From positions 5,671,985 through 5,735,984 of the forward strand of contig CAJINV010000003.1 in assembly GCA_905178155.1 (NCBI GenBank): a stretch of DNA of 64,000 bases. The letters are read 5' to 3'. Position numbers and translations under genes: made by a program. Source of the DNA: Amoebophrya sp. A120 (Eukaryota > Protista > Dinoflagellata). How positions within the stretch are numbered: the stretch's first letter is position 1; each line of letters opens with the position of its first letter. The notes under the pieces are model-generated. The model was not told the origin of the DNA, ran no database searches, and saw nothing but the letters and a program-made list of their open reading frames with translations. Of the stretch, positions 1 to 12,429 are shown in pieces.

Positions 1-421
1 CGACAAGCGTAGCAAGTACAATCGTAAAAAATGTTCGACCCGTTGTGGTCGTGGAAATTGTAATCATAGAATCTGTGGGTGACGAAAACAGTGCAATCGT
101 GCGGAGCTTCTCCGTTGCAGCGGTGATCCTCGAAACAATACGCACATAAATTGGAAAAAACAGAACGAAAGACCATAACTCCCCGCTATTTGCTCATTTG
201 CTCCAGATATGAACCTACTTTTCTACGTTGGCACAGCGGTAGTGCGTTCTTTCTAAAAAGCAAAAAGAACGATCATGACAGTGAGTTGTTAGATTCTCAT
301 TTTATCGTCATCTTTCCTTGTCTTCGGTCCATCCATGTTTTATCTATTTTAGTACTTGCACTTCTTCATTTCCATCAGCATTATTTGCTAAGGATACGTA
401 TCGTCTCAGAACACGACCGGC

Positions 422-3126
422 TTAGGACGAGGTGCTTGCAGCAGCTGCGGATGCAGCCTGCTGTGGTTGGATTCCGCCTGGGGGCTGGGCGACTGGGATT
501 CCTTCTTGACCTGGAGGCTGGGCGCTCGCTTGTTGCTGAGCCGGCTGAAACGTGACTACTTGTTGCGGAACAGCAGCTGTTACCGACGTACCAGGCGTCA
601 TCGCTTGCGTTTGCCCAGCTGCACCTTTTTTTTTCATTTTATTCGCCGCCGCGCTTCCTGCCAACATAGCACCACCCATCATCCAGTGTAAAAACCGCCT
701 CACTTCTTCATAACTACAAGCTTTCAGCGTTTCTCGTTTATTTGGGTTCAAAAAAGGCGATAATGCATTGCCAGAGCCAGCAGACGAGCGCCTCGGCCTC
801 TTATCTAAGTCTATCTGTCATCTTACTGCGAGGGAGTGTGACATGTACTCGCACTTTTGCGCACTAAAATCCCAGCGTGCAGTACGCAGACGCCGGAGAT
901 GTCAACCTTGTCCTTGTCAGAGAGATACTTATGGCATCGGCATTGAAGACATCGTCGGCGCCGATGAATGCACAAGCTTGACGTGTTGGGGAACATAAAT
1001 ACATCTCGTTTGCAGAGCGGCAAGGTTTTCACACCGGATAGCCACCGCTCCCATCGTCGCCAAGCCTTGCATCGAGTTGGCTCTTATCGAAGTCAAATGT
1101 GCCCTGGGTCCAGAATCACGAAAAATTAGTTTCTCATGACACACTTTTGAGCAAAGGAAAGGTGGGGAGCGAGATACGACTGCCGAACACAGCTCCGGAC
1201 TTTAAACTGCTCATAGATATGCTCTTAGTACGGTGAGAACTACACACAGCAACTGTTCGTGTTCCTGGAGCAGGGACCCTTTCAATATGATAGCCTGTGG
1301 GGGAGTGTATGCATTGCAAGGATATTAGGGTCAGAGATGAGTGTGTAAAGTGACCTATCAAGCTCCATGTAAACGATACAGAAGTCAGAGTGATTACGCC
1401 AGTGTCGTCTTCTTTCCATGCAGTTGAAAGAAGACCGGAGTAACGCAGACTAGGCAATCAAGAGACGTCGCGATGCCAGTGCGCCCTCGGCCTGCAGCAA
1501 ACAAAGTTTAAGGCTCTCTAGTACACTATGATCCCCTACAGCGCAATCAGCACTTTCAATGACCCGAATATACATACTTGCATTGGTTAGGGGGTTGCAA
1601 CCACCAAAGCACTCGCAAGATCCTGTTGCAGTCCTGTATCGAGACGACGAACCACCCCTCCATTCACTACCCCAAAGCAGCTCGTCTATCCTATGCCACT
1701 GATGATCTCTTGGTTACAACAAGTGTGGCATGTATAGAAGAATCTCAATCTGAAAGCTTATTTCGAGGTGGCTCAAGAGAGTCTCAATTTACATCTTTAT
1801 TAGCCACCTGCGCCTCGCAAATTTTGCGCTTAACGCGATTCGCATATATACAAATCAAGCATGGCTGTTTCGCTTTCTCTGCGTATCAAGTCGATGGGCA
1901 AGTGTAGGAAGTCCCGGCATGCAAAGTACGTGAAAATCGAAATCCCGCCTAAAATAGGCATTGCTTTTGGGTGCGGGATTTTTTGGGGACGTTTGCGTTG
2001 CGATATCCCCAAGCTCTTGGTCTTTTTCACTTCCAGCACGGATTTCGCTCCCGTCGCGGCACCGTCTTCGCAAGCCACAGGTTCATCGGGACACTCGCAC
2101 GCTTCGCCGGTCGGCGTCTTCCCGGTTCTTCCTTGCGACGTCGGAGAAGCAGCGTCATTGTTCTGCAGCGATCCCTGCGTGGAGTCCCCAGTCTGCGTGT
2201 GCTGCACGAAAGTGGCGGATGCAGACTCCTTGCTTTTTTCCGTGCCCCGGTGGGAGTGATGGATTCCCAGGCTGCGCTCCTCCACATTCCCACCGGCACC
2301 TGCTGCGGTTCCACTTGCGTCGGCAGCTGCGTTAGTGCCAGTTGCACTCTCGGTGACCCCTGTGGGCACCGAAACAGCCGGCGCTCCTGGCTGAGCACTA
2401 TCATCTTGAAAAGGGCCCGGACCACAGAAGAAAGTTAAAGTAAGTCAACAAACTGCGAACAATACATTCATTCACCGCCTATGTGCTGCTGTAGTCAGCA
2501 ATGCAAAATTTCAATGCAGAATAGCGGAGACTCGTGCGGTTACCGGAGCCGAGCGAAACTGCAGAAGATATATATGTGAGTGTGATATCAAATGCGCAGG
2601 TGTTCTATTTGTCATAGTAAACAAAACAAAGCGCTGTAAATTTTGCGCTATACCCCTGGCATAGGCAAGGCTAAGTTCCTGATCCTGGTTCAGATTCTCA
2701 TACAAAGATCGTCCCGTTTCTTGCGTCCCTTTTGGTGGAAAGCTTGCGATAATTCTAGATCTCAATTCTGGAGCCCGCTCGCTTTTCATTTGATAAATAC
2801 CCGCGAATGACGACGAGGACGATGATGTCCTGTGCAAAAACACCCCCACATCGAATTCAAAAGTAGGCTGTCCTGCGCAGAACCGATGAATTTAACCTCG
2901 TCATGCGTACCAGACTGCCGGGGTGATTCAAATTTGTCTAGCGCGATCATATTTGAACGGAAAACTTTGAAACTCGATGACACTGTACATTAGAGCTCAC
3001 AATGGAATATTTTTGGATATATGGGGTGAGGGAATTTTTGAACGGATACACGAGGAAGAAGACGAAGAAGATGAGGAGGAGGACGACGAAGCGGCGCTGC
3101 TGCTTGCGCCCTGTGCTGGTGCTTGC

Positions 3127-3172
<46 letters not shown>

Positions 3173-5730
3173 TAAGCTGCGGCTGCTGCTGCTGCCCCAA
3201 ACGGTTATTCTCCATTTCTTTTGTCAAGGTTGCAAAGCCCGGAGTTTTCTGTTGCAATTTATTTTCGGCTGCCATTGCACCACCGGCCAGTCCGACGTTC
3301 ATCAGTTGCTTCGCTGCCCCTTGTTATGCATTGCAAATATGTCTGGGTCCGGAGACTTGTAACGCAATTCTGTGAATGGTGGGCGCGCCGCGATTATACG
3401 CAGCCAGGCATGACTAGTTTTTGAGCTGCTATGTCTTTAGTTTTCCGCATGGCAAACTGCGTTTTTGCATCACAGACAAGAGGCTCTTTTCCTGCTCATG
3501 CTATGCATCACAAATTTAAGACTCATACCAGACCACAAGCATGAAAAACTTGCAGTCTTCCAGACCTAGACACTCTTGCATTTGATACTTGTTCCGCAAT
3601 CATGGTAGCAGTGGGTGGTGCCCCGCACGAGCCACCGGCACACGATCCTGTCAGGTCCGCGGGATAAGAACCGCACCCCAAGCCGCCTCCTCCCATGCAG
3701 GGCGTCCCGACGCATTCCAGAAAACTCTCACTTCCCAATATCAAGTCGGGAACATCATACGTTCTCTATCATCTCCAGCAAACACTATGTTTGCTTATCT
3801 ATGTAACACACCAGAATGTGAAGCAATTCCGTCGACGGCTTCTAGGGAGGATGCTTCTCTTTTCTCTCAATACAATTATCTGCAAACCGCCATGTTGCAG
3901 TGCGTCCATATGAATACTCGGTGAAAAAATAGTGTTCGGAATTGCTCCCATTGATGCGGGTAGCAGTAGGATAAAGATCCAAACGCAAGAATTTCAGTCA
4001 ACAAAACAGTGGGCATTTCTTACCTGCACTAGTAGCATGGTAGTTTCTACTGGACGAGATAGAAAGCAAACTCTGGAGGATGAAGGTAGAGAACAATATG
4101 TTCTTCACATTGATACCCGGCTCGCCACAACCGTTTCCGCCCGCCGCGGCACCTTGCAGAGACAACATGGAGTCGGCCGCTTCCTCCTCCTCGGCCATGT
4201 TCGTTTTCCCAACCGCAATCTGCGTCCTGCCGGGGACATTTTCCAGCGGTGTAGTTGAGGAACGCCTTCCTATGCATTGCAAACCTCTCAGCTGCGTCGG
4301 GACGAATAGAAGTCCTTGGAATGCGGCATTCTGATTCTTGTGCCTGTGGCTTATGCGTTGTACCAGCAGTAGGCGCAACACTCGTCAATACGACCAGTAC
4401 TAAGCTGCCAATATTAGTAAAAATATGCAAATCCATATCCAAGCAAATTTGACGAAAAGTCGACCATTTCAAACTCGACTTGCTCATGTATTCAAGGGAT
4501 TTCCGCCACATGAATTGAACAACACCAGTCTCGCACTTCTTTTCCCGAATGCGCAACATTTGCAGTACATAGCGGATCCCGAAGCGTCGGGGGAAGACGT
4601 CACACCATCTTTTACCAAAGGCGGCTGCGCCTCCGCACTTTCTGGTGCTGTCCGATCGGTTTGTTTCGCGGTGTGTGCCGTGTCATCGAGAAACGAAGCC
4701 GCGGTCTGCGCCGCGTCACCGCCTGCGGGAGTTAGTGGCGTCGCCTCCGGGCCCGGTGGCTGCGAATGCTGCGACTGAGACAGGTCCGACGGCTGCAACG
4801 TGCTCTGCGACTGCTGGTGCTGCAACGCGCCCTCCAGCTGCTCGGCGGCCTGCTGCTGACTGGCCCATGCGACAGCCTTGTCGTGCTCAATCTGAAGCCG
4901 CTGCGCTTCCCATAGGTTGTAGTTGTGAATCCCGTATTTCAACGGACAGCCCGTTTCGTAGTACTCGAACCCTTCAGCAAAAAACAGATCATCCGGCAGT
5001 GTGAGAGATTCCCCAAACTCCAACTGGCGCTGGAATCCATCCATGTACCTCAGAGAGGACGTAGAATTGCTCACGTCATTTCTTTTTTGCTTTGGCACAT
5101 CATGCGTTATGGAATACGCCGTTTCATGGCCTGGAAATACGCACACAATAAACAAGTCCTATAAAACCGAAGTTTCTCGCAATCAACGCAAAAAAAAGCC
5201 TCGTCGAATCCTTTCGTCAACATATACATAAGAATGAATGATATGTAGTAAAACCGGGTTGATGAATACAACAAATTGATGTTCTTCCTTAGTAAACAAA
5301 CTGGAACCAACATTGGTAATTTCGTATTTGTGATTTACCTGATTCGCAGCAAGCAAGCTTCAAATTTTTTCCATGTCTTGTAAACAACGCCCCCTTTTCT
5401 TTCTTTTTCTTCGTCCCCCAGCTTGTCCAGGACCACGGAAGAAAAGTGTTCAGCTCTGACCATGCAGCCATATCCCTTGGAGTGAAAACCCTCGACGACT
5501 GGGTCTGTGGCTTCGGTAGGACGCAGCTGCCCCTGAACATCAAAGCCTTCCAGCGGACTTATTTGATGTTTCTGTTGATGGGCTTCGCAAATTTCTTGGA
5601 TGTCCATCTGCTTCACTTTTTTTTGGTCCAACCAGGCTCCGGTTTTTCCGAGGTCAGGGAACACCTGAAGAGGAAAATAAAGAAAAGGAACGTCGCCCGA
5701 TATTTTCAACCATGTGATCGGCATTCGCAC
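422..5730 (-). CDS. Multi-exon hypothetical low-complexity (Q/S/A/G-rich) protein; may be more than one gene
   Basis: Series of GC-rich minus-strand exon-like ORFs (5335-5730, 4572-5050, ~4100-4270, 3588-3720, ~3040-3324, ~1950-2370, 422-~690). Removing the element at 3325-3587 joins MIAEQ to GAAKQLMNVG in frame. No domain recognised. Confidence 0.45.
3127..3194. repeat. (CTG)n/(CAG)n microsatellite encoding poly-Q on the minus strand
   Basis: Visible ctgctg run; minus-strand ORF reads QQQQPQLNQQQQQQQQQQQQQP. Confidence 0.9.
3325..3587. mobile_element. Introner-like TIR element, family A
   Basis: Left end TATGCATTGCAAATATGTCTGGGTCCGGA, right end TCCAGACCTAGACACTCTTGCATTTGATA, flanked by CTTGT/CTTGT. 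Removal restores the host frame. Confidence 0.9.
4271..4571. mobile_element. Degenerate introner-like element
   Basis: TATGCATTGCAAA ... TTTGCAGTACATA inverted termini. The direct repeat is not preserved (CTTCC/GCGGA), but removing element + 5 nt gives in-frame DASGSA-RSSTTPLENV. Confidence 0.5.
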
Positions 5731-8700
5731 TTACGTACAGTAGCGCTCAGAGCTTGCCTAGCTGTTACTTTCGAAGCTTCGTCCGTGCGAAGCAGCAGTC
5801 CGGACGCACGTACTATCATCGAGGCTATTAGAAAAACCCCGGTGTTCAGAAGGGGACGAGAGCAACTACTGTATATACTAGCCGGCCAAAAAGCAATGTG
5901 AAGCAAGCTTCTTCGGCACTGTATAAGCTGCCAAGGCGAGCCAGAAACTGCCATCCAACTGCCTAACTTTCCTGAAGGTAAGTTATTGCTGTCCGGCCAA
6001 AAAACAAGTTTTGCAATGCTTTGGTCCACGTCGCCTCGCATGTCTTTGCGAAAATCGAAATTCTAGTCTGGTTTTCGTGCGTCTCGAGAAACACACCAAG
6101 GCAGGACATTCACGAAATCCGAAATATTTCCGCGGCTAAGCGCGGCTGTCCCACAGCAGCACCGTGTGACACCGTGGCCGCGAGCACCTTCATCTGACGC
6201 AGAGATTTACTAGGCTCGGCACCGGGAAGAATATCACTAGTATTCCCTTATGATTCCTCGCAACCTTGAATAGCATGCAAAACAGAAGTTGCACGGCCTA
6301 CATAGAGTTGTCAAGAGCACACATGCCGTCGGTGTTGTAAAAATGGGTGCCTGAACCAGCTGGATCCAACACCCAAGTATGGGATTTGTCACGACGAATC
6401 ACCTACGTCCCAATCAGAATGAGAAAATGAACGACGTTCCTGCTAGAGGCAGCATCGGGCACAAGATATCTATTCTTCTAACCGCGAGAAGACCTTGGCC
6501 TGGTCAGGCCGATTAAAAGGCCAACCCTCGTGTTCGTCAATCACTTCAGACACTATAAAAAAAACGGCAGGACTTCCGAAATTGCCACAGCAAGACGACC
6601 CCGGTTGTGTCGCGGAGTATCCTTTTTTTCGCCCGCCTCAGGCCGGCTCCGTGCGCACGGCCAGCGCTTCCGGGTGATGTGCGCACGCGGACGCCACAGC
6701 GAGCCGCAGGCAAGAGCTCGGGTCGCGTTATCACGGCGCTTCAGCCCTTTCTTTACGCCACCGGTAGACCCTCCATGGGAGAGGACTCACGACAGAAGCG
6801 GCTTCTGCGCCTTCTTTCAGCGTCCTTGTTGTTCTGGCGCGCAGAGGTCCAATGACCCACAAATGAGGATGACCTTCCGGCCACTGTTTTACTTCTTTCG
6901 AAATCTCCCGCGTGGTCTGCCGTAATTTCTTTTCACGTCTGCCGCCCTTTACCTTTTTCCTGCATCAAGACTACAATATTTGTAAAAAAAAATCTCGGAG
7001 TCTGGAAAGGACCAAGAAACGGAACCTGTCCGGGGCAGGGGGGGGGTCCAGGAGCCCCCCTTGGTCGGGCCCTTGGGGCGTCTTGGGGGCGCTTTTGAAG
7101 GCCGCTGCACCTGCCGCGTTGGCATGGAAAAAACCCTTAGGGCTTGTTTTATCATTCCACCCTGCCCGGGATGCGAGCCTAGGTCAGCAAGAGGGTTACC
7201 CTTCAGTGCGACCCAAGTCTTGTAAACATAAAGGCAGTAGTACCCTTGTGCGGTTTAAATGTAATACGCTTGTGCGGTTCTTTCTTCAAAATTAATCTTC
7301 TTTCTCTTTGACTGCAGGTGAGGCGATGCATTAAAACTCTTTGGGGGGAGGGCGTGTGACCGACAACGTGCGCGAGCAAAATTAGTATTGGTATACAGTG
7401 TCGTGGGGAAATGAAATAATGCAGGCAGGATTCTAAAGCAATTCGATGAGGCACACAAGTGTCAACATACGGTGGGGGGCCAACGAACCTGTAATATGAA
7501 TTTCTTCGAGACTCGGCTAACTTTTACCAAAAAAAAAAACTGTATTCAAATACCCGAATCTTCCTTCGGAAGTCATGTCGAGTCTGCAGGTGATTCCAAC
7601 GATGCTCGCACATATTGGCATGATGCCACCGCCGACCACCACCGTTTCCTTTACCTTCACTGACCTGGAAAACAATCCCAGAGAGTGCATTCCACCATTC
7701 CTCCATTTTCGAATTCTCCCACCCGTTACTGAAGGCGAAGACGTTACCAATGACCTTAGAAAATGAAAATGATGCGACTTGAAAACAAACTAGCTCTGCT
7801 GCATAAAGAGCTGAACACAACGGGGCCGGGAAATTTGCTTGCAGGGGCCCGCTGTGAAAATTCATCCGCCAATGTCTTTGTTGCGGAACATGAAGAAGGC
7901 GCTCCTTTACACGGCCGCTCGCACTTCATTTTGCTTTGTCAACACAGAGCACTAGATTAAACGCCCGCCTAGTTGTTACTGTTCTGCCCTTAGTCCGTTT
8001 GCGGATGTCTGACGAGCTTCATAGGGCTGCATCCTCTCCGCGGATTGCCCGTCGCGGCTACGCCATGAAAGGTCTGGCCTTCGTGGCAGCGCCTTGCCCG
8101 GGGTCCAGTCCTGGCCCCCGGATGCGTTTCGACGGTTCAGCTGCAGTCTTTTGCTGGAGTCGCTGCTAGTTCATCTCGCCGGCGGGCACCGGCTGCGATG
8201 ATTCTTGGAGCGAAAGAAACAGAAGGCTGAAGGCCGTCGTGGGGGTTTCCCCGGCGACCAAAAAACTATGCACGCGCCACGGTACGACTTGAGCGTGTCT
8301 CCTAGCTTACTCCTACAGGCGCCGGTAGCTGCGCATTCATCTTTTTTCCGTTTTTCATGGTGGCCCTCTCCCTTCTGCAACTCTTTCATTGGACCCCTTC
8401 AGGAAATCCTGAAGAGGCCCGGAAAGTGTTCTGAAAACTTTCGTCGCACAGCCTTTGCGCAAACGGTGCGAGGGGCTCTCGGGATTCCCACCCCTTTGTC
8501 AACTCTTGTCACGCAGGCCTTCCGAACGCCCCGGCGGAGGGGCTCCGCCGCTTCTTTCTTCTCTATGTGGGAGTAAGTGCACGCGCGGACCCTTTGGTCT
8601 TGACGGCTGAACACTTAGCGCAGCTTTACTAGTTTCGGCAGTCATGCGCGAATAGGGTCCCGCGACTGGGAATCGTCCGGTAATTCCAGACGCCCTTTTT

Positions 8701-9644
8701 TAGATAAAAAGCTATCGCCGGAGTTGTGGGCACGAGTGTGGGAAACCAATAGCTGGACGACCACGGTGCAGCGAGCGCCGGAGGGCAGAAAGGGAGGGCC
8801 TGAAATTAATCGCGTCGCCAGGCTCGCTCATCGTCGCGGTGCAGTGTTCGTGCCTCCTGTCGTGCCCTCCCGAAACGCGCGAAATTGCGGGTAGCCTTGC
8901 CCTTTCGTACTCCACTAAGACGAAAGGCAGCCTCCCCGGGGTGCCGAGAAAAAACCGAGCATACTGGCTGTGGACATTGTTCCCGCTCGGTTCTGGAAGC
9001 GTGCGCGGCACACACAAAGATCCGCCACGTCGGCAAAAGAATTTTCACTGCGCAACCCTTCAGAGTCAGACATTATCTTTTAGGACAATATAATCTCCTA
9101 GGAGATTCGCTGCACACAGACATAAGGCACCACACCGGCTTCGTATGTCTTGTGAAAAAGAACCTTGCCTTGTCGCTCAGAAAAAGCGCTTCTTCCGAAC
9201 TTGAAAACTTCTACTTGCAGCTCATTCTATGTATGTTGTATAAGACAAACTTAATAAAATATGATTATAATGAACCTCGTGCTCGATCGGGTCCCCCGAC
9301 ATCACTACCCCGGTATTGACTTTTATACCACCACTATTCGCGTCGCCCTTCACCGTGAAGAGTAGTGTTGCCTCGCCTCTGGTATCGACCAGAGAATCAA
9401 ACGGATACTGGTTACCGGCTTCGAGGTACTTGTAGATAGTTTTGTGTTGAAATTCGAGATGCATGTCCTGCTGTGAGCACAATATCAGTCTTTTACTTCT
9501 TATTTTTCTTGGTGGTGGTCCTCAGACTTCAATATCCAAATCCATTCTTGATCCTTTCCAAAGTTGTAGAGCATCAGGCAGCACACCCCACAATATTCGC
9601 ACACACGATCGTGCTAGAAACCCAAGAATAAGAATGAGAGCGAG

Positions 9645-9900
9645 TTCGGCCTTGGAGTTTCGGGTTTGGGTTGTTTGGGTTTGAGTTTCAGCTTCGAGCT
9701 TGGATTTATGTTTCAATTGTGGACTCGGTTCTGAGTTTCATCGAGCTTGTGTTTGGGTTTCGGCTTTGACTTTGGTTTTGCATTTCCGCTTCGAGGTGAG
9801 GTTTGCGTCTCGCCTTGCTTTGGATTTGGGTTCCCACTTTGGGCTTAGGTGTGGGCTTCAGCTTCGAGCTTGGGTTTGCGTTTCAAATTCGAGCTTCGCA
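9645..9900. repeat. Degenerate hexamer-like tandem repeat (GGGTTT/GAGTTT/GAGCTT/CAGCTT)
   Basis: Repeated units such as tttgggtttgagtttcagcttcgagcttgg with strong T/G skew; ttcagcttcgagcttgg occurs at ~9686 and ~9857. Confidence 0.6.
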
Positions 9901-12429
9901 CAGGAGACAAACACCGACGCAGCACGCAGATGCACTTAATATATATTGCAAAAGCCAGCACAACACGCGGGCGAGAGAGAAACCAACTCGCGCCACAATA
10001 CTAGGGCGAAACCAAACATCAAACGCCGACGGCGCGCACTACAGTTCCGGGCTAGACGTAGCTGCTGTGGCGCATTAGCTGCCACCACCTTTTTCTCTGT
10101 TTGAGCTTTGGCGCTTCTTTTTTCCTCTCCTTGCTTCTAGATCTAGCTAAATGGATTTCGTAACTTCTCGAAACCATCCTACAGGCGAAGCTGGCGCTGC
10201 CAGTAGATTGATAAACCTCGTAGTTTCTTAAAGAGGGAAGGAGGCTATCACAAACCAGCGCCGGCCCAGACAGACACGTCACAAAGGATTTGAGTGTAGG
10301 TGCCATCAGGCCCACGGGTGGAGTCAGAAGCCGTCGGTCTAAGGGCTTCACACCGGCCGGGTTCACATTGGAGGTCCGCCGCCGGCGGCTCGCGTTTGCA
10401 CTAGAATCCTACGTACGTACTGCCTTCCTATACTCATGATAAGCTACTCAAAATGTCAAAAGGGCGGCCCCTGCTCGGTTCGTAGTAGGACGAGTGGCAT
10501 TCTTTTCAAAAAAACGCCGCTCATTGATTTCTTCCAAGATGAAACAGATGCTTTTTACCATGAATTGATATCATGCATTTCCAAGATCTTCAGGTCATCA
10601 GTATTTCCACAAATCTGGATTGCTGTTTTCCTCATTGACGAAACAATTTTCATCTGAATGTTGCGATTGATTTGCGTCACAGAACTTCATCTTAGTTTTC
10701 ACGGAATACATCATATCTGTGAACTGTCTCCCGGCACCAGTCATCACTAAGCGGCCGGCGCTGGGAGGATGTTTTAAGATATGCTCGAACAGCGAGTTTC
10801 CCCACAGCCACGCTATGTTCTGATTTTCAACCGGTTTTGGGGCGACGAAAGGCTCGGCAATTTTAAAATGTCTTATCTTACCCCTGTCGGTAAGGTAGTC
10901 ACATTAGCAGTCAATTAAACCCATTCTCCACTGCATTCCGGAAATACTTGTTTGGCCCAGCTCTTGCGAAAGCTGCACGCTAGGGCGATGCGGTGCACAG
11001 ATTCGGCAGTCCGCATCGCAGAGACCTGCACGCATTCACACTCAGCGAAGAAAGCGGACAAGCAATCCCCTCGCTGTCAAAGTCAATAGACAGCTAACGG
11101 CTTTTCGGCATGCGCGCTTTTGGGGACCGTATCTGAGTGTGCGGGGCAGCAAATCTATTGTTGCAACACAAGCATCAAACTCAGAATTTGCTCTGAGTGC
11201 ATGCGCCGCTAGCGCTACAAACACCATTAAAGTAAAAAATAAAAAAATGCCAAGAACAGCCGCCTCAGTCCGTGGGGAGAGCGAGATCGCAGCGGTTTTT
11301 GTGTCTTGGGAAGACCAGTCGCAGGCATTCGATGAAAACATGGCAACTTTCATTCCCGACAGCGTGGCGGCTGATGCAAATCATGGCTCAAGGTCAAGGC
11401 GCGGCCTTTTTAGGTTCACATAAGAAAGGATTTTCCAAATCCATAGCATGGCCCCGCCTGGCCCTGGGCGCCCCCCAAGAGCTGCCCACTGGAGGCCCAG
11501 GTGCGGCCGTTAGACTGCGGGCTGGCTTTCGGCACTTTTGGTCATCGCAAGCGCGCAACGTCGGGCCTGCTGCCCGCCTTACAACGGGCCACCTTTGGTG
11601 GCGTTTTTTTTGTCCTTAAAAATTGGACCAGAATGCTACCCGCGCCATCGCCATGCTGGCTAGCTGGTTTTTTCGCCGGACCGGCTTCCTGGCGTCCTTT
11701 TTGGGCGACCAACATTGGCCCACTCTGAGGCGGTGCACGCCCAACAAGGGCGCCGCTTTATCCGGCTGCCCTGCGTCATTTTTTTCAAGCGGTAATCAAT
11801 AGAATCGAGGCTGGCTTGTTTGACGACAACGCCCAGGCCGCTTAGAAACGGAAACTATTTGCGCGAAAAGCCCCTTCGTTCTGGGCGCTTCAAAACTGCC
11901 GGTCGTTTTGCTGCTGTCTGGCTGTCAAAAAAAACCGCCAGACTAGAACGCTCGCGACCTGTCTAGATGCTACGTACTCCTCGAAAAAATCCATGCGGAC
12001 AAACTTACTTTTCGTGCTTGCTCTTCGTGTTGTTATGAAGTTAGCGCCAGCTACTTTTTTTGGAAGTTTGCTCAAACGGGTCCGAGCAATTTCACCGTTG
12101 CAAGGAGCTCGGAAGCGAGTAAATTCGTCCCAGCGATTTTGCGTGGCCGAGGAAATAATCGGCCACGCAAAATTGCTACACCTAGGGGGTTATTTATATT
12201 TCCCCACGTAGCAATGGAATTGCCCGGCGAGTCGAGTAATAATTCGCTGTTTCTTTAGAGGTACAAGCCTCCATTTTCCTCTTCCTGTGCCAACGCTTTC
12301 CATCTGATGCCACAGCCAGCACGGGTTTTGCCTCTATCGCAGCGCGATGGACTTTCCCGCACTCAAATTGCAAGACTCACGAGAAAAGTGTATTTTCAGA
12401 ATGTTTGGAAGAATGCGTTGACTCTACCC

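Noticed and set aside
10375-10403. Palindrome CCGCCGGCGG followed by CTAG as a Helitron 3' end (similar at ~8165)
   Set aside because: No matching 5' TC end or A/T insertion context, no Rep/helicase, and no second copy in the window.
11383-11391. TGGCTCAAG matches to the 3' end of the dinoflagellate spliced leader (also ~1749 and a near match on the minus strand at ~40180)
   Set aside because: Only 9-12 matching bases, not positioned upstream of a start codon; expected by chance.
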